Shown: positions 17,845 through 28,900, counted from the first letter of the stretch. The stretch is 64,000 nt of DNA from Parcubacteria bacterium C7867-005 (GCA_001189165.1 LFCO01000001.1:221592-285591); one strand, 5' to 3'. Notes: generated by a model not told the origin, from the sequence alone. Numbers and translations are program-made.

Positions 17845-19823
17845 TGGCGTATCCTACCAAAAAGCCGAGCCTCGGTCAATATGGTATAGTTCTAGGAAAC
17901 ATGGAAAAAACCACAAATAGCCCACTAATAGGCACAATAAAGGTCACTGGTAAGGGAGTTGGGTACTTCACCAAACCAGATCTGGAAACAGATTATGAGA
18001 TACAGCCAGAAAATCTACTCACCGCACTAAATGGAGACCATGTCCGAATAGAGGTTCTGGAGCACGAAGTATATGGACGAAAACAGGCAAAAATCCTGGA
18101 GATACTCGAACGCAAGAAGATGGATTTCGTTGGAGTACTTGAGAAAAGCACGGGCGGATTCTTCTTGGTGCCAGACGACAAGAGAATGTACAGGGATATC
18201 TTTATCCCTGAGGCTAATAACATAGGAGCAAATGAGGGAGATAAGGTCCAGGCGCACATCATAAACTGGGTTGATCGGAGCAAGAGTCCGGAAGGCAAAG
18301 TTCTCCGCATTATAGGCAAGAAGGGTGAGCACAACGCAGAAATGCTCGGAATAGTCTATGAAAGCGGATTCGAGATCGACTTCCCAACCGCAGTCGAGGC
18401 AGAGGCTACTGCTTGGGTAGAAAAATACAAAAATGAGGATCACCTTAAAGATCGAAGGGACTTTAGAGAGACCACAACCTTCACCATCGACCCTGCAGAT
18501 GCCAAAGACTTCGACGATGCAATCTCTTTCAAAAAACTCGACAACGGTGATTTTGAAGTTGGTATACACATCGCAGATGTGTCTCATTTTGTCACCCCAA
18601 ACAGCGCTCTGGATAAAGAGGCAATCAAACGAGCCACTTCGATCTACCTAGTAGACCGAACGATCCCCATGCTCCCTGAAGTACTTTCAAATGATCTGTG
18701 TTCATTGAATGCGAATGAACCCAAATACGCCTTCTCTGCTGTATTCATCATAGACAAAGAAGCTCGTGTTAAGGAAAGATGGTTCGGTAAATCCCTTATC
18801 ATCTCCGACAAAAGATTTACATACGAAGAGGCACAGGAAGTTTTAGACAAAAAAGAAGGAGTGCTCGCAGAAGAGCTATTGGCTCTAAATGACCTCGCAT
18901 ATAAACTTCGTGCAGAAAAATTCAAGAATGGAGCAATCGAGTTTGAGACAGAAGAAGTGAAGTTCGAATTGGATACCAAAGGTAAACCAATCCGCGTCTA
19001 TAAAAAAACTCGCAAAGACACACATAAACTGATCGAAGATTTCATGTTGCTCGCGAACCGAGAGGTGGCCAAATATATGTTTGATGCAGGAATCAAAAAC
19101 CCAAAGATGGCGTTTGTATACAGAATCCACGATGCACCAAACAAAGAAAGAATCATGGACCTCGCTACTTTCGTCAAAGCGCTCGGCTTTGAACTAAAGA
19201 ACCAAGACGGAGAGACGACTGGAGAAGACATCAGTAGGATGCTCAAGTCAGTCGAGGGGTCACCCGCAGAGATGCTTATAAAAACCGCCGCCATCCGTTC
19301 TATGCAGAAAGCGATCTACTCTACTTCAAACATCGGGCACTTTGGCTTGGCTTTCGAATACTACACACACTTTACCTCTCCTATCCGTAGATACCCAGAT
19401 TTGATGGTGCATAGACTTGTACAAAGACATCTGACTGGTGGCAAGATTGAACAAGATGAAGTGATCAAATACCAAATGCTTTGTGATGTATCGACTGATA
19501 GAGAAATAGATGCCTCGGAAGCAGAGCGATCTTCAATCAAATACAAACAAGTTGAATACATGCAGGATCATATTGGCGAAGAATTCGATGCATCAGTATC
19601 TGGAGTCTCTGAATGGGGTGTATATGTAGAAGAAGTGAATACCAAAGCCGAAGGTATGGTCAAACTAAGAGATATGAATGACGATTTCTATGAATTGGTG
19701 GAGAAGGCGTATGCTATCGTTGGTAAAAACACAGGCAAGAAATATTCTCTTGGAGACAAAGTTAGAGTCAAGCTTGTCGCTTCTGATCCGGAACGCAAAA
19801 CCTTAGATTTTCAGTTTATTTAG
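17844..19823 (+). CDS. rnr: Ribonuclease R / RNase II-family 3'-5' exoribonuclease. The true start is possibly the internal Met at ~17901.
   Basis: RNB catalytic region with DPADAKDFDDAISF and a C-terminal S1 domain. Confidence 0.9.
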   Translation: MAYPTKKPSLGQYGIVLGNMEKTTNSPLIGTIKVTGKGVGYFTKPDLETDYEIQPENLLTALNGDHVRIEVLEHEVYGRKQAKILEILERKKMDFVGVLEKSTGGFFLVPDDKRMYRDIFIPEANNIGANEGDKVQAHIINWVDRSKSPEGKVLRIIGKKGEHNAEMLGIVYESGFEIDFPTAVEAEATAWVEKYKNEDHLKDRRDFRETTTFTIDPADAKDFDDAISFKKLDNGDFEVGIHIADVSHFVTPNSALDKEAIKRATSIYLVDRTIPMLPEVLSNDLCSLNANEPKYAFSAVFIIDKEARVKERWFGKSLIISDKRFTYEEAQEVLDKKEGVLAEELLALNDLAYKLRAEKFKNGAIEFETEEVKFELDTKGKPIRVYKKTRKDTHKLIEDFMLLANREVAKYMFDAGIKNPKMAFVYRIHDAPNKERIMDLATFVKALGFELKNQDGETTGEDISRMLKSVEGSPAEMLIKTAAIRSMQKAIYSTSNIGHFGLAFEYYTHFTSPIRRYPDLMVHRLVQRHLTGGKIEQDEVIKYQMLCDVSTDREIDASEAERSSIKYKQVEYMQDHIGEEFDASVSGVSEWGVYVEEVNTKAEGMVKLRDMNDDFYELVEKAYAIVGKNTGKKYSLGDKVRVKLVASDPERKTLDFQFI

Positions 19824-22068
19824 CTACTTCGGCAGCTTCGTCAAAAGAGATGGAGAGGAGTTTGGATATACCAGATGAACCCATCGTGACACCATAAATA
19901 ACCCCTGCACGACTCATGGTCTCTCTGTTGTGGGTGATGAGTATGAGTTGTGAGTGAGCTGAGAGCTTCTCTACCATATCTCCATATCGTTTGGAGTTAG
20001 CTTCATCAAGCGCGGCATCCGTCTCATCCAAGATAATAAATGGAGGGGGATTCACTTGAGAAATGGCAAACAGGAGAGCGATAGAAGTAAGAGCCCTTTC
20101 TCCGCCCGAAAGCATCAACAGTCCTCTGATCTTCTTCCTAGGAAGATTCACAGATATGTCCAGACCTTCTTCAACTACCTCTGCGTCACCATCCAAATCA
20201 TCACCGATATCTGCATCTGCGTCTTCGATCAAAACATCTTTTTTCTTTTTCTTTTCTTTGGTTAATACAAGATGAGCATCACCACCTCCGAACATGGTAT
20301 TAAATAAACCATTGAATTCTGAATTTATTTTATCTATACCCGAAGAAAACTCTACAGCCAACCTCTCTTCTAGATCCTTGATCAATGAGTGTAGAGACTC
20401 TGCAGATTTCTCTAGATCCAAAAGTTCACGAGTCAAAAATTCATCCCTCTCGGTCACATCTTTGTACTCTTTCAATACCTCCTCGCTGCCAGAGAGACCT
20501 GAATCCTCTAACCGAATTTTGAGTTTCTCTATTTCTCTCTTTCTTTCTTCTTGAATTTTTCTATCCTCTGCTACCACACTTACCTCATCCCCCACATCGA
20601 TACTTTTGAATTGTAGTGCCTCTCGCCCGACAAGAAAACCAACCTCCTCAACCTCCCTCATCAATTCATCTGCATCCTTCTTTAGACTTTCCTCTCTGAC
20701 TTTGATGATATTGAGCTTGGATATAAGATCGTTCTCTTCAGACATAATTCTGAAAACAGCTTTCTCAGCATCACGGCCAGAGTCTTTACCTTCTTCTATT
20801 TTTTGTTTAAGTTCTTCGTACTGAATGCGGAGATCGGCTTCTCTCTTTTCTGCTTTTTGGATCTCTGTTTCGAGTTTAGCTTTTTCTTTTTGGAGCTCTT
20901 TTATATGCTCCTCTGCTTCAACAATCAGACTCGAATCGGCTGATTCTTTATGGCCTTTAATAAATAGGAGGAGTTTACTGACGATGTTTTTGATAACAGA
21001 AACAGGACTCTCATTATCCTCTGGTTTGATTTCCTTTAGAGATTCTGCAAATTCCTCTACCTCTTTCAAACGTATCATCTTGTGTTCGTCAGAAGTGTGG
21101 AGCTCTCTCTGTTTGCGGATCACCCTCTCTTCGGCGGCAAGCGAGCCCTCGACCCTACCGAACTCTCGTGTTAATCCGTCTTTATGTGCTCTGGCGCCCG
21201 TGATCTCTGCTTCAAGGTCAAGTATGAGATAGTCCTTTTTGTCTTCCTTTGCTAATTTTTCTAATGTTGCTTTGGCAACAGCCAACTCTCTGCTTAAATC
21301 CTTTAGAGAAGATTCGATTGGTGTACGCTCGGATTCGAGGGCTGTTTTAGTAAACCCAACATAAAGATCCTCTCGTTTAAAATAATCTCTGGAAAGATTT
21401 AGTAGTTCATCTTTCATTCCCACAGCTTTCTCTACCTTCTCTACTTGTTTTCGGAGAAACCTAAGGTGGGGGGCAATTTCCTTTCGGAGTGATTCAACCT
21501 GAGCGATGTTCTCAAAAGTTTTCTTGAGTTTACGATCACTCTCTACTCTTTTGTATTGATAAATACGCAAACCGAGCGCATCTTCAATCATGGATTTTCT
21601 TTCTTTAGATGATGAGTTGAGTATTTTGTCTGCTTCACCTTGAGAGATGATGTGGTGACCCGATGCTCCGATATGAGCACGAAGAAGTAGCTCGATCACA
21701 TCCTTTAACCTCACACTACTACCGTTTATAAGGTAGTCGTTCACCCCATCTCTATGGACCACGCGTTCTATGGTCACCTCTGGGAAATCTATACCGAATA
21801 CTTGATTTGAATTATCAAAGGTTACCTTAACCGAAGCACGGTTTGCTCTCGACTCATTCCCCCCACCATTAAATATAAGATCCTCTCCCTTTTTACCGCG
21901 GAGTGATTTGATGGATTGTTCTCCTAGGACAAAACGAAATGCTTCGGCTACGTTTGATTTACCAGAGCCGTTTGGTCCGACTATAGCAGATACGGACGAG
22001 TTAAAAACGAGCTCGCTCGACTTGGCAAACGATTTAAAACCAGATAATTCAATAGATTTTAAATACAT
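19816..22068 (-). CDS. smc: SMC-like chromosome segregation ATPase. At 750 aa it is unusually short and has no recognisable hinge domain.
   Basis: N-terminus reads MYLKSIELSGFKSFA...GPNGSGKSNV. C-terminal signature reads LSGGERALTSIALLF...ILDETDAALD. The middle is a long coiled coil. Confidence 0.8.
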   Translation of the reverse strand: MYLKSIELSGFKSFAKSSELVFNSSVSAIVGPNGSGKSNVAEAFRFVLGEQSIKSLRGKKGEDLIFNGGGNESRANRASVKVTFDNSNQVFGIDFPEVTIERVVHRDGVNDYLINGSSVRLKDVIELLLRAHIGASGHHIISQGEADKILNSSSKERKSMIEDALGLRIYQYKRVESDRKLKKTFENIAQVESLRKEIAPHLRFLRKQVEKVEKAVGMKDELLNLSRDYFKREDLYVGFTKTALESERTPIESSLKDLSRELAVAKATLEKLAKEDKKDYLILDLEAEITGARAHKDGLTREFGRVEGSLAAEERVIRKQRELHTSDEHKMIRLKEVEEFAESLKEIKPEDNESPVSVIKNIVSKLLLFIKGHKESADSSLIVEAEEHIKELQKEKAKLETEIQKAEKREADLRIQYEELKQKIEEGKDSGRDAEKAVFRIMSEENDLISKLNIIKVREESLKKDADELMREVEEVGFLVGREALQFKSIDVGDEVSVVAEDRKIQEERKREIEKLKIRLEDSGLSGSEEVLKEYKDVTERDEFLTRELLDLEKSAESLHSLIKDLEERLAVEFSSGIDKINSEFNGLFNTMFGGGDAHLVLTKEKKKKKDVLIEDADADIGDDLDGDAEVVEEGLDISVNLPRKKIRGLLMLSGGERALTSIALLFAISQVNPPPFIILDETDAALDEANSKRYGDMVEKLSAHSQLILITHNRETMSRAGVIYGVTMGSSGISKLLSISFDEAAEVAK

Positions 22069-22104
22069 GAATTATCAAATTATAACACGTTGAACTATCA
22101 GATT

Positions 22105-22794
22105 TTAATCCCAACCTTTCTTTTTGAGAGCATCTCTGGCAGCACCCTGTTCTGCATCTTGCTTGCTCTGTCCTTCACCCTGACCAATAAGTTCTTTGCC
22201 GATATAAACTCCAACAGTAAAAACCTTGTCGTGATCTGGACCAGATTCTTTGAGGCTCTTGTACGAAGGAGTGAGGCTCTCGTGCTCCTGTGCTTTTTCC
22301 TGGAAAAGAGATTTGGCATCTATCCAACTCTTTTGATCGATGATCATCTCTGTAAGTGGAATAATGTGTGCAACGACAAAGTCCCTCGCGGAGTCAAATC
22401 CCTGGTCAATATAAATCGCCCCGATTATAGCCTCGAAGGTGTTCGCGAGTATGTACTGACGAGCCCGACCCATGTCTTTGGATTCTCCACGAGAAAGTAG
22501 GAGAAAGTCATTGGCTCCGAGCTTTTGAGCGACAACTGAACAGGTGTCTGCATTCACCAAAGCAGAGCGCAGACTGGTGAGTTCCCCTTCATCTTTTTCT
22601 GGGAAAGTTTTATATAAATAATCCGTTGTGACAAGTTCAAGAACTGCATCACCCAAAAACTCTAGACGTTCGTTGTGCCCTAGACCAAGATTTCTGTTTT
22701 CGTTTATATATGAACGGTGAGTAAAAGCCTGCTTTAAAAGAGCTTTGTCTTGGAACACTACACCGGCCGTTTCTTCAAATTTGGATAAATCCAT
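22105..22794 (-). CDS. rnc: Ribonuclease III.
   Basis: ERLEFLGDAVLELVTTDYLY signature and a C-terminal dsRBD. Confidence 0.95.
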   Translation of the reverse strand: MDLSKFEETAGVVFQDKALLKQAFTHRSYINENRNLGLGHNERLEFLGDAVLELVTTDYLYKTFPEKDEGELTSLRSALVNADTCSVVAQKLGANDFLLLSRGESKDMGRARQYILANTFEAIIGAIYIDQGFDSARDFVVAHIIPLTEMIIDQKSWIDAKSLFQEKAQEHESLTPSYKSLKESGPDHDKVFTVGVYIGKELIGQGEGQSKQDAEQGAARDALKKKGWD

Positions 22795-22809
22795 GGGTCT
22801 TGTATACCT

Positions 22810-23724
22810 TTACTTACTCTTTTCTGCAAGAAGAGTGATGGCCTTGGTCACTATGGGAAGAATATCATCATAAAAATTCAGATCGAGTATTTCGGAAAGT
22901 TTGAACCATCTGACATCGTCCAATCCCCCTTTTTCTTCTTTCTTTTCCAAGGTTAGTTCTTGGTAAGGTGCTTCCGCCAAAAAATAAACAACTTTTTTCA
23001 AAATTTTTCCTTTCTCTGGATGATAGGTAGAGTATGCATTTTCACCGAGTTTCTCTTTGACTTCTATGGGTACACCAAGCTCCTCTCGAGCTTCTCTAAT
23101 AAGGCCTTCTTCTTCAGTTTCCTCGCCCTCGAGCTTACCTTTGGTCAGTGTCCAATGGCCAAATATGTCGTGTACGAATGCGAGGTAAGTTGTACCCTCA
23201 TCGTGTGCATATACAACAGCTCCAGCAAGACGCTCTACGGGCAGTTCAGAATCGGGCACGTTACCATACTTTTTCTTTGGTCGAGGCTTCTCATCTTTAC
23301 CCGGTTCACCCATTTCTTTATAAACAGCCCCCAAAACACCATTAACAAATTTACCCGAAGTCTCTCCGCCAAATGATTTGGCTAACTCTATCGCTTCATT
23401 GATAGCTACCTTTGGTGGAACTTCAGCCCGATCAGAAAACAATAATTCTGATAAACCAATACGCAAGATATTTCTGTCTACAATAGATATTTTCTCTAAA
23501 GGCCAGTCAGGTGCAGCCTTCTCTATGAGCAGATCAAGGTCTTTTTGTTTGTCTAATACTTGGTTCAATAATCCATCCATAAAAGGACGATCATTCGAAC
23601 CTGGAGCAAATTCAGCTAAATTTCTTTCAAAAATAGAGTCAACGTTCTCTTTTTTATTTTTATCAAAATCCCATTCAAATAAGGTCTGAAGTACAACTGA
23701 GCGTGATAGGTGACGTTGTGCCAT
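22810..23724 (-). CDS. nusB: NusB transcription antitermination factor fused in frame to a C-terminal NUDIX hydrolase domain.
   Basis: NusB core reads VPPKVAINEAIELAKSFGGETSGKFVNGVLG. An exact Nudix box reads GKLEGEETEEEGLIREAREELGV. It is a single uninterrupted 304-aa ORF. Confidence 0.85.
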   Translation of the reverse strand: MAQRHLSRSVVLQTLFEWDFDKNKKENVDSIFERNLAEFAPGSNDRPFMDGLLNQVLDKQKDLDLLIEKAAPDWPLEKISIVDRNILRIGLSELLFSDRAEVPPKVAINEAIELAKSFGGETSGKFVNGVLGAVYKEMGEPGKDEKPRPKKKYGNVPDSELPVERLAGAVVYAHDEGTTYLAFVHDIFGHWTLTKGKLEGEETEEEGLIREAREELGVPIEVKEKLGENAYSTYHPEKGKILKKVVYFLAEAPYQELTLEKKEEKGGLDDVRWFKLSEILDLNFYDDILPIVTKAITLLAEKSK

Positions 23725-23776
23725 AAAAAGAGCAGAGAAAACTTAGATATAAATACTTTCTATCAAACACCAAAGA

Positions 23777-23998
23777 CTAGCGAGCGTTAGCCTTCTCTTT
23801 GGTCTTTGATGCCTTTCGAACCGCACGAGCCCCCATATCCACAACCTTACGACCACGATAGATTCCTGTGGTTGGGCTCATACGGTGGCGGAGATGCGGG
23901 TTACCCGAAGAATCCTCGGCTATAGCCGGATTAGAGAGAGCGTGGTGAGATCGCCTTTGTTTAGTCTGCGACCTCGTGTGTCTCATTCGTACTGTCAT
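23777..23998 (-). CDS. rpmF: 50S ribosomal protein L32.
   Basis: RRSHHALS...GNPHLRHRMSPTTGIYRGRKVV matches the L32 family pattern. Confidence 0.85.
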   Translation of the reverse strand: MTVRMRHTRSQTKQRRSHHALSNPAIAEDSSGNPHLRHRMSPTTGIYRGRKVVDMGARAVRKASKTKEKANAR

Positions 23999-24070
23999 AA
24001 AAAGAGTCTACCAAAAACCTTGATAAAAAGAAAGTCCGCCACCCAAAGATGGGTAACGGACCTCTTCTGA

Positions 24071-24538
24071 CTACGCGTGGACCAGGGACCTCAAACGCTT
24101 GAGGGCTTTCCCAGCGGCGACCCCATGTTCCCCGAACAAGACCGTCTGAGCCTCCTCGAGGCTGATCAGATACGGGGCAGACATCCAGTCGTTCCCGATG
24201 ATGATCTCTTCGGTGCGCATGGTCCCCACCATGGCCGAACGCTCGACCAGATAGAAACACTTGATATGCCCGTTCGCGGACGGCGGCGGTGAATGGATCA
24301 GGAGCCCGTCGTTCCTCGATCGGATTGACATGTTGGTCTCCTCGGGGACTTCGCGGTCTCGAGTATCGAGCACGCTTTGGTCCTCCGGGTGACCTTCTTC
24401 AGTGCCGCCAGGGGCCTTCACCTTGGTTGGCCCCTTCGTGCCGTCCTTCTTGACCACAGCGCATTTCATCACCCAGACCATCCACTCACCATCGATGAGT
24501 TCGACGATCAGAGCAGCGGCAAACCAGCGAGCGGCCAC
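24071..24538 (-). CDS. NUDIX hydrolase encoded in GC-rich islet 2. The GTG start at 24538 was verified, but the ATG at 24481 is a plausible alternative start.
   Basis: GG...E...REV.EET Nudix-box-like GGTEEGHPEDQSVLDTRDREVPEETN. GC is ~60% against a ~40% background. Confidence 0.6.
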   Translation of the reverse strand: MAARWFAAALIVELIDGEWMVWVMKCAVVKKDGTKGPTKVKAPGGTEEGHPEDQSVLDTRDREVPEETNMSIRSRNDGLLIHSPPPSANGHIKCFYLVERSAMVGTMRTEEIIIGNDWMSAPYLISLEEAQTVLFGEHGVAAGKALKRLRSLVHA

Positions 24539-24594
24539 GTGACCTCCAGTCAGAAGTAAATGAGCGAAATTCGCAGTATGCGAAGTTTGCCTTT

Positions 24595-24623
24595 ATAATA
24601 TCACTATTTTATATAAAAGTCAA
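24595..24623 (-). promoter_or_regulatory. Sigma70-like promoter on the minus strand for the islet-2 NUDIX gene: TTGACT, a 17-bp spacer, then TATTAT.
   Basis: The minus strand reads cTTGACTtttatataaaatagtgaTATTATaaagg. The -35 overlaps the 3' end of rnhB. Confidence 0.45.
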
Positions 24624-25196
24624 GTTCTTTGTGAAGCTCTTTCTATGGGATTTTGAGAGACCATATTTTTTGATATTTTGTCTGTGGAGAAGGGTCCCGT
24701 ACCCCTTGTGGACTTCAAAACTATATTGTGGATATTTCTTACCTAATCTCTCCATATACCTATCTCTGGTCTCTTTGGCGCAGACAGAGGCAAGTGAGAT
24801 GACTGGTATTTTCTCATCCCCTCTTATAATAGTCTTCTGTTTTTTGAACTCTTTGGGAGCGTGAAGCGACCCATCTAGAAATATTTGTGAAGTTATCTTG
24901 ACTCTTAGTTTCCGTAAACATTTACTCATCCCTAGATTTATCGCATAAACTATTCCTCTCTTGTCTATCACTTTCTCTGATATTAAAGATACAGCGAAGT
25001 CGAGTTTCTTTTCTTTTTTTAATCCTTTGGTACGAGCAAACCACATGGCGCGATCCTTGCTGGTCAGTTTCTTTGAATCCCTTATCCCTCTAAAAAATTT
25101 CTTGTCGAATTTCGAATTTATTCTAACCACACCCACCGCCACCGGACCCGCAAGTGGCCCCCTTCCCGCCTCGTCTATGCCTACAAGGTATTTCAT
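24609..25196 (-). CDS. rnhB: Ribonuclease HII.
   Basis: MKYLVGIDEAGRGPLAGPVAVGVV N-terminal motif. Confidence 0.93.
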   Translation of the reverse strand: MKYLVGIDEAGRGPLAGPVAVGVVRINSKFDKKFFRGIRDSKKLTSKDRAMWFARTKGLKKEKKLDFAVSLISEKVIDKRGIVYAINLGMSKCLRKLRVKITSQIFLDGSLHAPKEFKKQKTIIRGDEKIPVISLASVCAKETRDRYMERLGKKYPQYSFEVHKGYGTLLHRQNIKKYGLSKSHRKSFTKNLTFI

Positions 25197-25199
25197 CTC

Positions 25200-25682
25200 T
25201 TAAAGCGGGTTACAAACACAATAATAGGCATTGGATGATGCGGTGCACCAATTATTTACCCCTGACGCCCACGGTCTACACGAACCAGGATAACCAGTTG
25301 ATGCGGGGGAGGCTTCCAAAGTCGTGACGAGTAAGCCACCAATAGATTGCCCTGTATAATAGTTATAATACTGATATGTATGATTTGTCGGAGCAACAGG
25401 AACTGAGCTTAAAAAACCCTCAGACACAAGCTGTTGCGCCATGCTATCAAAATTTTGTGTATATGGACCGTTCGGCCCAACTACTGTCTGATTTGGGTAA
25501 GCATTGTATTTTTCTCTATATAAAAATAAAGCGGTTTTTATTTGATTAAACTGAGCAATAACCCTAGCATCTCTAGATTTTGCACGTGCAGTGCCCAAGG
25601 AGCCCAGAACAACTGAAGATAAGAAACCGATGATTGAAATGACAACCATAAGTTCTATTAGCGTGAATCCTTTTTTTATCAT
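25200..25682 (-). CDS. Type IV pilin / pseudopilin with an N-terminal prepilin methylation motif.
   Basis: KGFTLIELMVVISIIG class III signal. A cysteine pair sits in the C-terminal region. Confidence 0.85.
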   Translation of the reverse strand: MIKKGFTLIELMVVISIIGFLSSVVLGSLGTARAKSRDARVIAQFNQIKTALFLYREKYNAYPNQTVVGPNGPYTQNFDSMAQQLVSEGFLSSVPVAPTNHTYQYYNYYTGQSIGGLLVTTLEASPASTGYPGSCRPWASGVNNWCTASSNAYYCVCNPL

Positions 25683-25933
25683 AGGAATTTTGTCTGATCA
25701 ACCTGCCTAATATCAATTTCATTTGATCCACCTCCACCATTGAAAACATTGAAAGAAATAGAAAAAATAGTGCCGACGACAAAAAGGATAGTTGAACCTA
25801 TAAACACAATGTTTGCCTGCACCTGATTTTTCACTAAACCTGTCCTTATGACTAAGCCAGTCAGACCCCTATAAATACGTTGGCTACGACTATATTGATT
25901 GACTATATCTTCTTCAAATTGGACATTGCTCAT
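25679..25933 (-). CDS. Small hypothetical membrane protein (one TM, Gly-run).
   Basis: ANIVFIGSTILFVVGTIFSISF. No family recognised. Confidence 0.35.
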   Translation of the reverse strand: MSNVQFEEDIVNQYSRSQRIYRGLTGLVIRTGLVKNQVQANIVFIGSTILFVVGTIFSISFNVFNGGGGSNEIDIRQVDQTKFL

Positions 25934-25973
25934 GGTCTTATGTGGGGACTCTTGTCTATATTATACTATCCAT

Positions 25974-28900
25974 ATGAGTAAACTCACCCACCTCCACACC
26001 CACAGTCACTACTCTCTCCTCGAAGCTCTGCCCAAAATCCCGGACCTTGTTAAAACTGCCAAGAAAATGGGTATGGAATCCCTTGCTCTAACAGACTCGG
26101 GCAATCTCTATGGGGCCATAGAATTCTATAAGGAATGTAGGGATGCGGGTATCAAACCCATAATCGGCCTTGATGCGTATGTAGCGGTAAGGGGTTTAAA
26201 AGATAAAGAAGCGAGGATAGATAACCAGAGATCGCGCCTGGTTTTACTTGCAAAAGACGAGACGGGTTACAGAAATCTGATCAAGCTAGTAACAATATCG
26301 AACTTTGAAGGTTTTTATTATAAACCCAGAATCGACAAAGAGCTGTTGGAAAAGTACGCGGACGGACTCGTGGTCATCATGCCGAGTTTTTCTGGAGAAG
26401 TTATCAAGACCCTCACGCCCGGCGATGAAGACCGAGCAAAAAGAACAATCGAGTGGTACAAAAAAATCTTTGGTGAAGATAATTTCTTCTTAGAGATAAC
26501 TCACCACAAAGAGATCGGTGGCCATGAAGAAAAAATGGTAAGGCTTTTGAAATTTGCTGAAGAGACGAAAACAAAGATAGTCGCAGCACATGACGTTTAT
26601 TATCTAGATCCAGAGGACAAACCAGCAAGAGACACTATGCTCTCTATCCAAAGCCATGTAGGGAAAGATACTGTTAGGAGCATGAATGACGAAGAAGAAA
26701 ATTTTTCTTTTCTATCGACCAAAGAAATGGCAAAGTTATTCAAAGATACTCCGGAAGCATTGGAAAATATCGAGGTAATCGTGTCTAAATGTAATCTTGA
26801 ATTAAAATTGGGCTCTTGGGTGTTCCCCAAATACATAGTAGAGAGTGGTAAAACGTATGATGATGAACTGCGTGAATTAGTTTACAAAGGATTTGAATAC
26901 AGAAATGTAAAAAAAACGAAAGAAGTTTTAGATCGAGTCGAATACGAGCTGAAAGTCATCAAAGACAAGGGGTACTCTCCTTACTTCTTGGTGGTGGGAG
27001 ATCTTCTGCATTATGCGCATGACCATGGGATACTCACCAACATCAGAGGGTCAGTGGCTGGATCTATGGTCACTTATCTCGCGCGTATTACAAATGTTAA
27101 TCCGATTGAATACAAGTTACCCTTCGAGAGATTCTTGAATCCCGATCGACCGTCTGCTCCCGATATAGATATGGACTTTGCAGATAATCGTAGAGACGAG
27201 ATTATAGAATACGCTCGAACAAAATACGGCAGAGATAACGTGGCACAGATAGGAACATTCGGCACCATGATGGCCAGAGGTGCTGTAAGGGATGTTGCTC
27301 GCGCTATGAACTTCGCATACGGAGTAGGAGACCAGATAGCCAAATTAATACCCGTCGGCGCACAGGGATTCCCCATGACTCTGGACCGTGCGATGAAAGA
27401 AAATGCTGATCTAAAGAAACTATACAATTCTGATCCAGATACAAAAACTATCATCGACATGGCAAAAAAGATCGAGGGATGTGCTAGGCACATCTCCGTT
27501 CATGCAGCCGGAGTAGTAATCTCCCCTGGCCCGCTCACCGACTATACACCTCTCCAGTTCGATACGAAGGGTGAGAATAAAATAATCACCCAGTATGACA
27601 TGTATTCGATCGAGGAAGCGGGACTGCTTAAATTTGACTTCTTGGGTATAAAAAATCTTTCTATAATTGCTGATGCTATAGATCGTATTAAAAAAATAGA
27701 AGGAACTGTAGTGGATATAGAGAACATACCACTCGATGACAAAAAAACTTTTGCCATGCTATCAAGAGGGGAAACTGAAGGAACTTTCCAATTAAACGGA
27801 GATGGCATGACACAGTTCCTCGTCAAACTAAAACCGTCAAGCATTCATGACATCAACGCAATGGTGGCACTGTACAGACCTGGCCCCATAGAAACAATAC
27901 CGTCATATATTGAGCGAAAACATAATCCTGAACTCATCAAATATCTCGATCCTCGCATGAAAGAATTTTTGGATTTCTCTTATGGAGTGATCGTGTACCA
28001 AGATGATGTGCTTCTGACTGCGATCAGGCTCGCTGGCTATAACTGGGTTGAGGCAGACAAACTACGTAAAGCCATGGGTAAAAAAATCCCTGAGGTCATG
28101 CAAGCAGAGAAGGAGAAACTGACAAAAGGTTTTATTGAATTTGGTAAATTGACTCCAGAGCTCAGTGAAAAAATCTGGAAGCTCATAGAACCATTCGCAG
28201 CATATGGATTCAACAAGGCTCATGCAGCGAGCTATGGACGAATGGCCTATCAGACGTCTTATCTTAAGGCGAACTTCCCCGCTATCTATATGTCGGCTGT
28301 ACTAACAGCAGACTCCGGTGATGTAGAGAGGATTGGAGTGATGATCGCTGAATGTAAAAGAATGGGAATAGAAGTTTTACCTCCATCAGTAAACGAAAGC
28401 TATTCTCAGTTCACTGTGGTGAATGATCCTCCACACCCATACAAAATTCGCTTTGGGTTAACTACCATAAAAAACTTTGGACAAGGTATATCCACCTCTA
28501 TCATCGAAGAAAGAAAGCGGGGGGGTAAATTCAAAACACTGGTAGATTTTTTGGATCGAATAAAAGATAAAAATCTAAACAAAAAATCACTTGAGGCCTT
28601 GATCAGATCAGGAGCAATGGATGAATTCGGCGACCGAGGAATACTCGGCGGTAATATAGAAAACCTGTTGGCCTACAACAAAGAACGTGCGAGAGAATCA
28701 GGAGAACAAGAATCTCTTTTTGGCTTGATGTCTGATACATCTACCCTACCAACGCTCAAATTGATTGAGGCAAAAGAAGCAACTAAAAAAGAAAAATTGT
28801 TATGGGAAAAGGATCTTCTTGGATTATATATTTCTGGACACCCCTTAGAAGAGTTCAAAGATAAGATGGAAAAAGGTGACAACACCATAAAAAAGCTCAT

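Noticed and set aside
20825-21232. Several Ser-rich plus-strand ORFs (20063..21232 region) opposite the SMC gene.
   Set aside because: Antisense of a Glu/Lys-rich coiled-coil coding region produces Ser/Phe/Leu-rich shadow ORFs.
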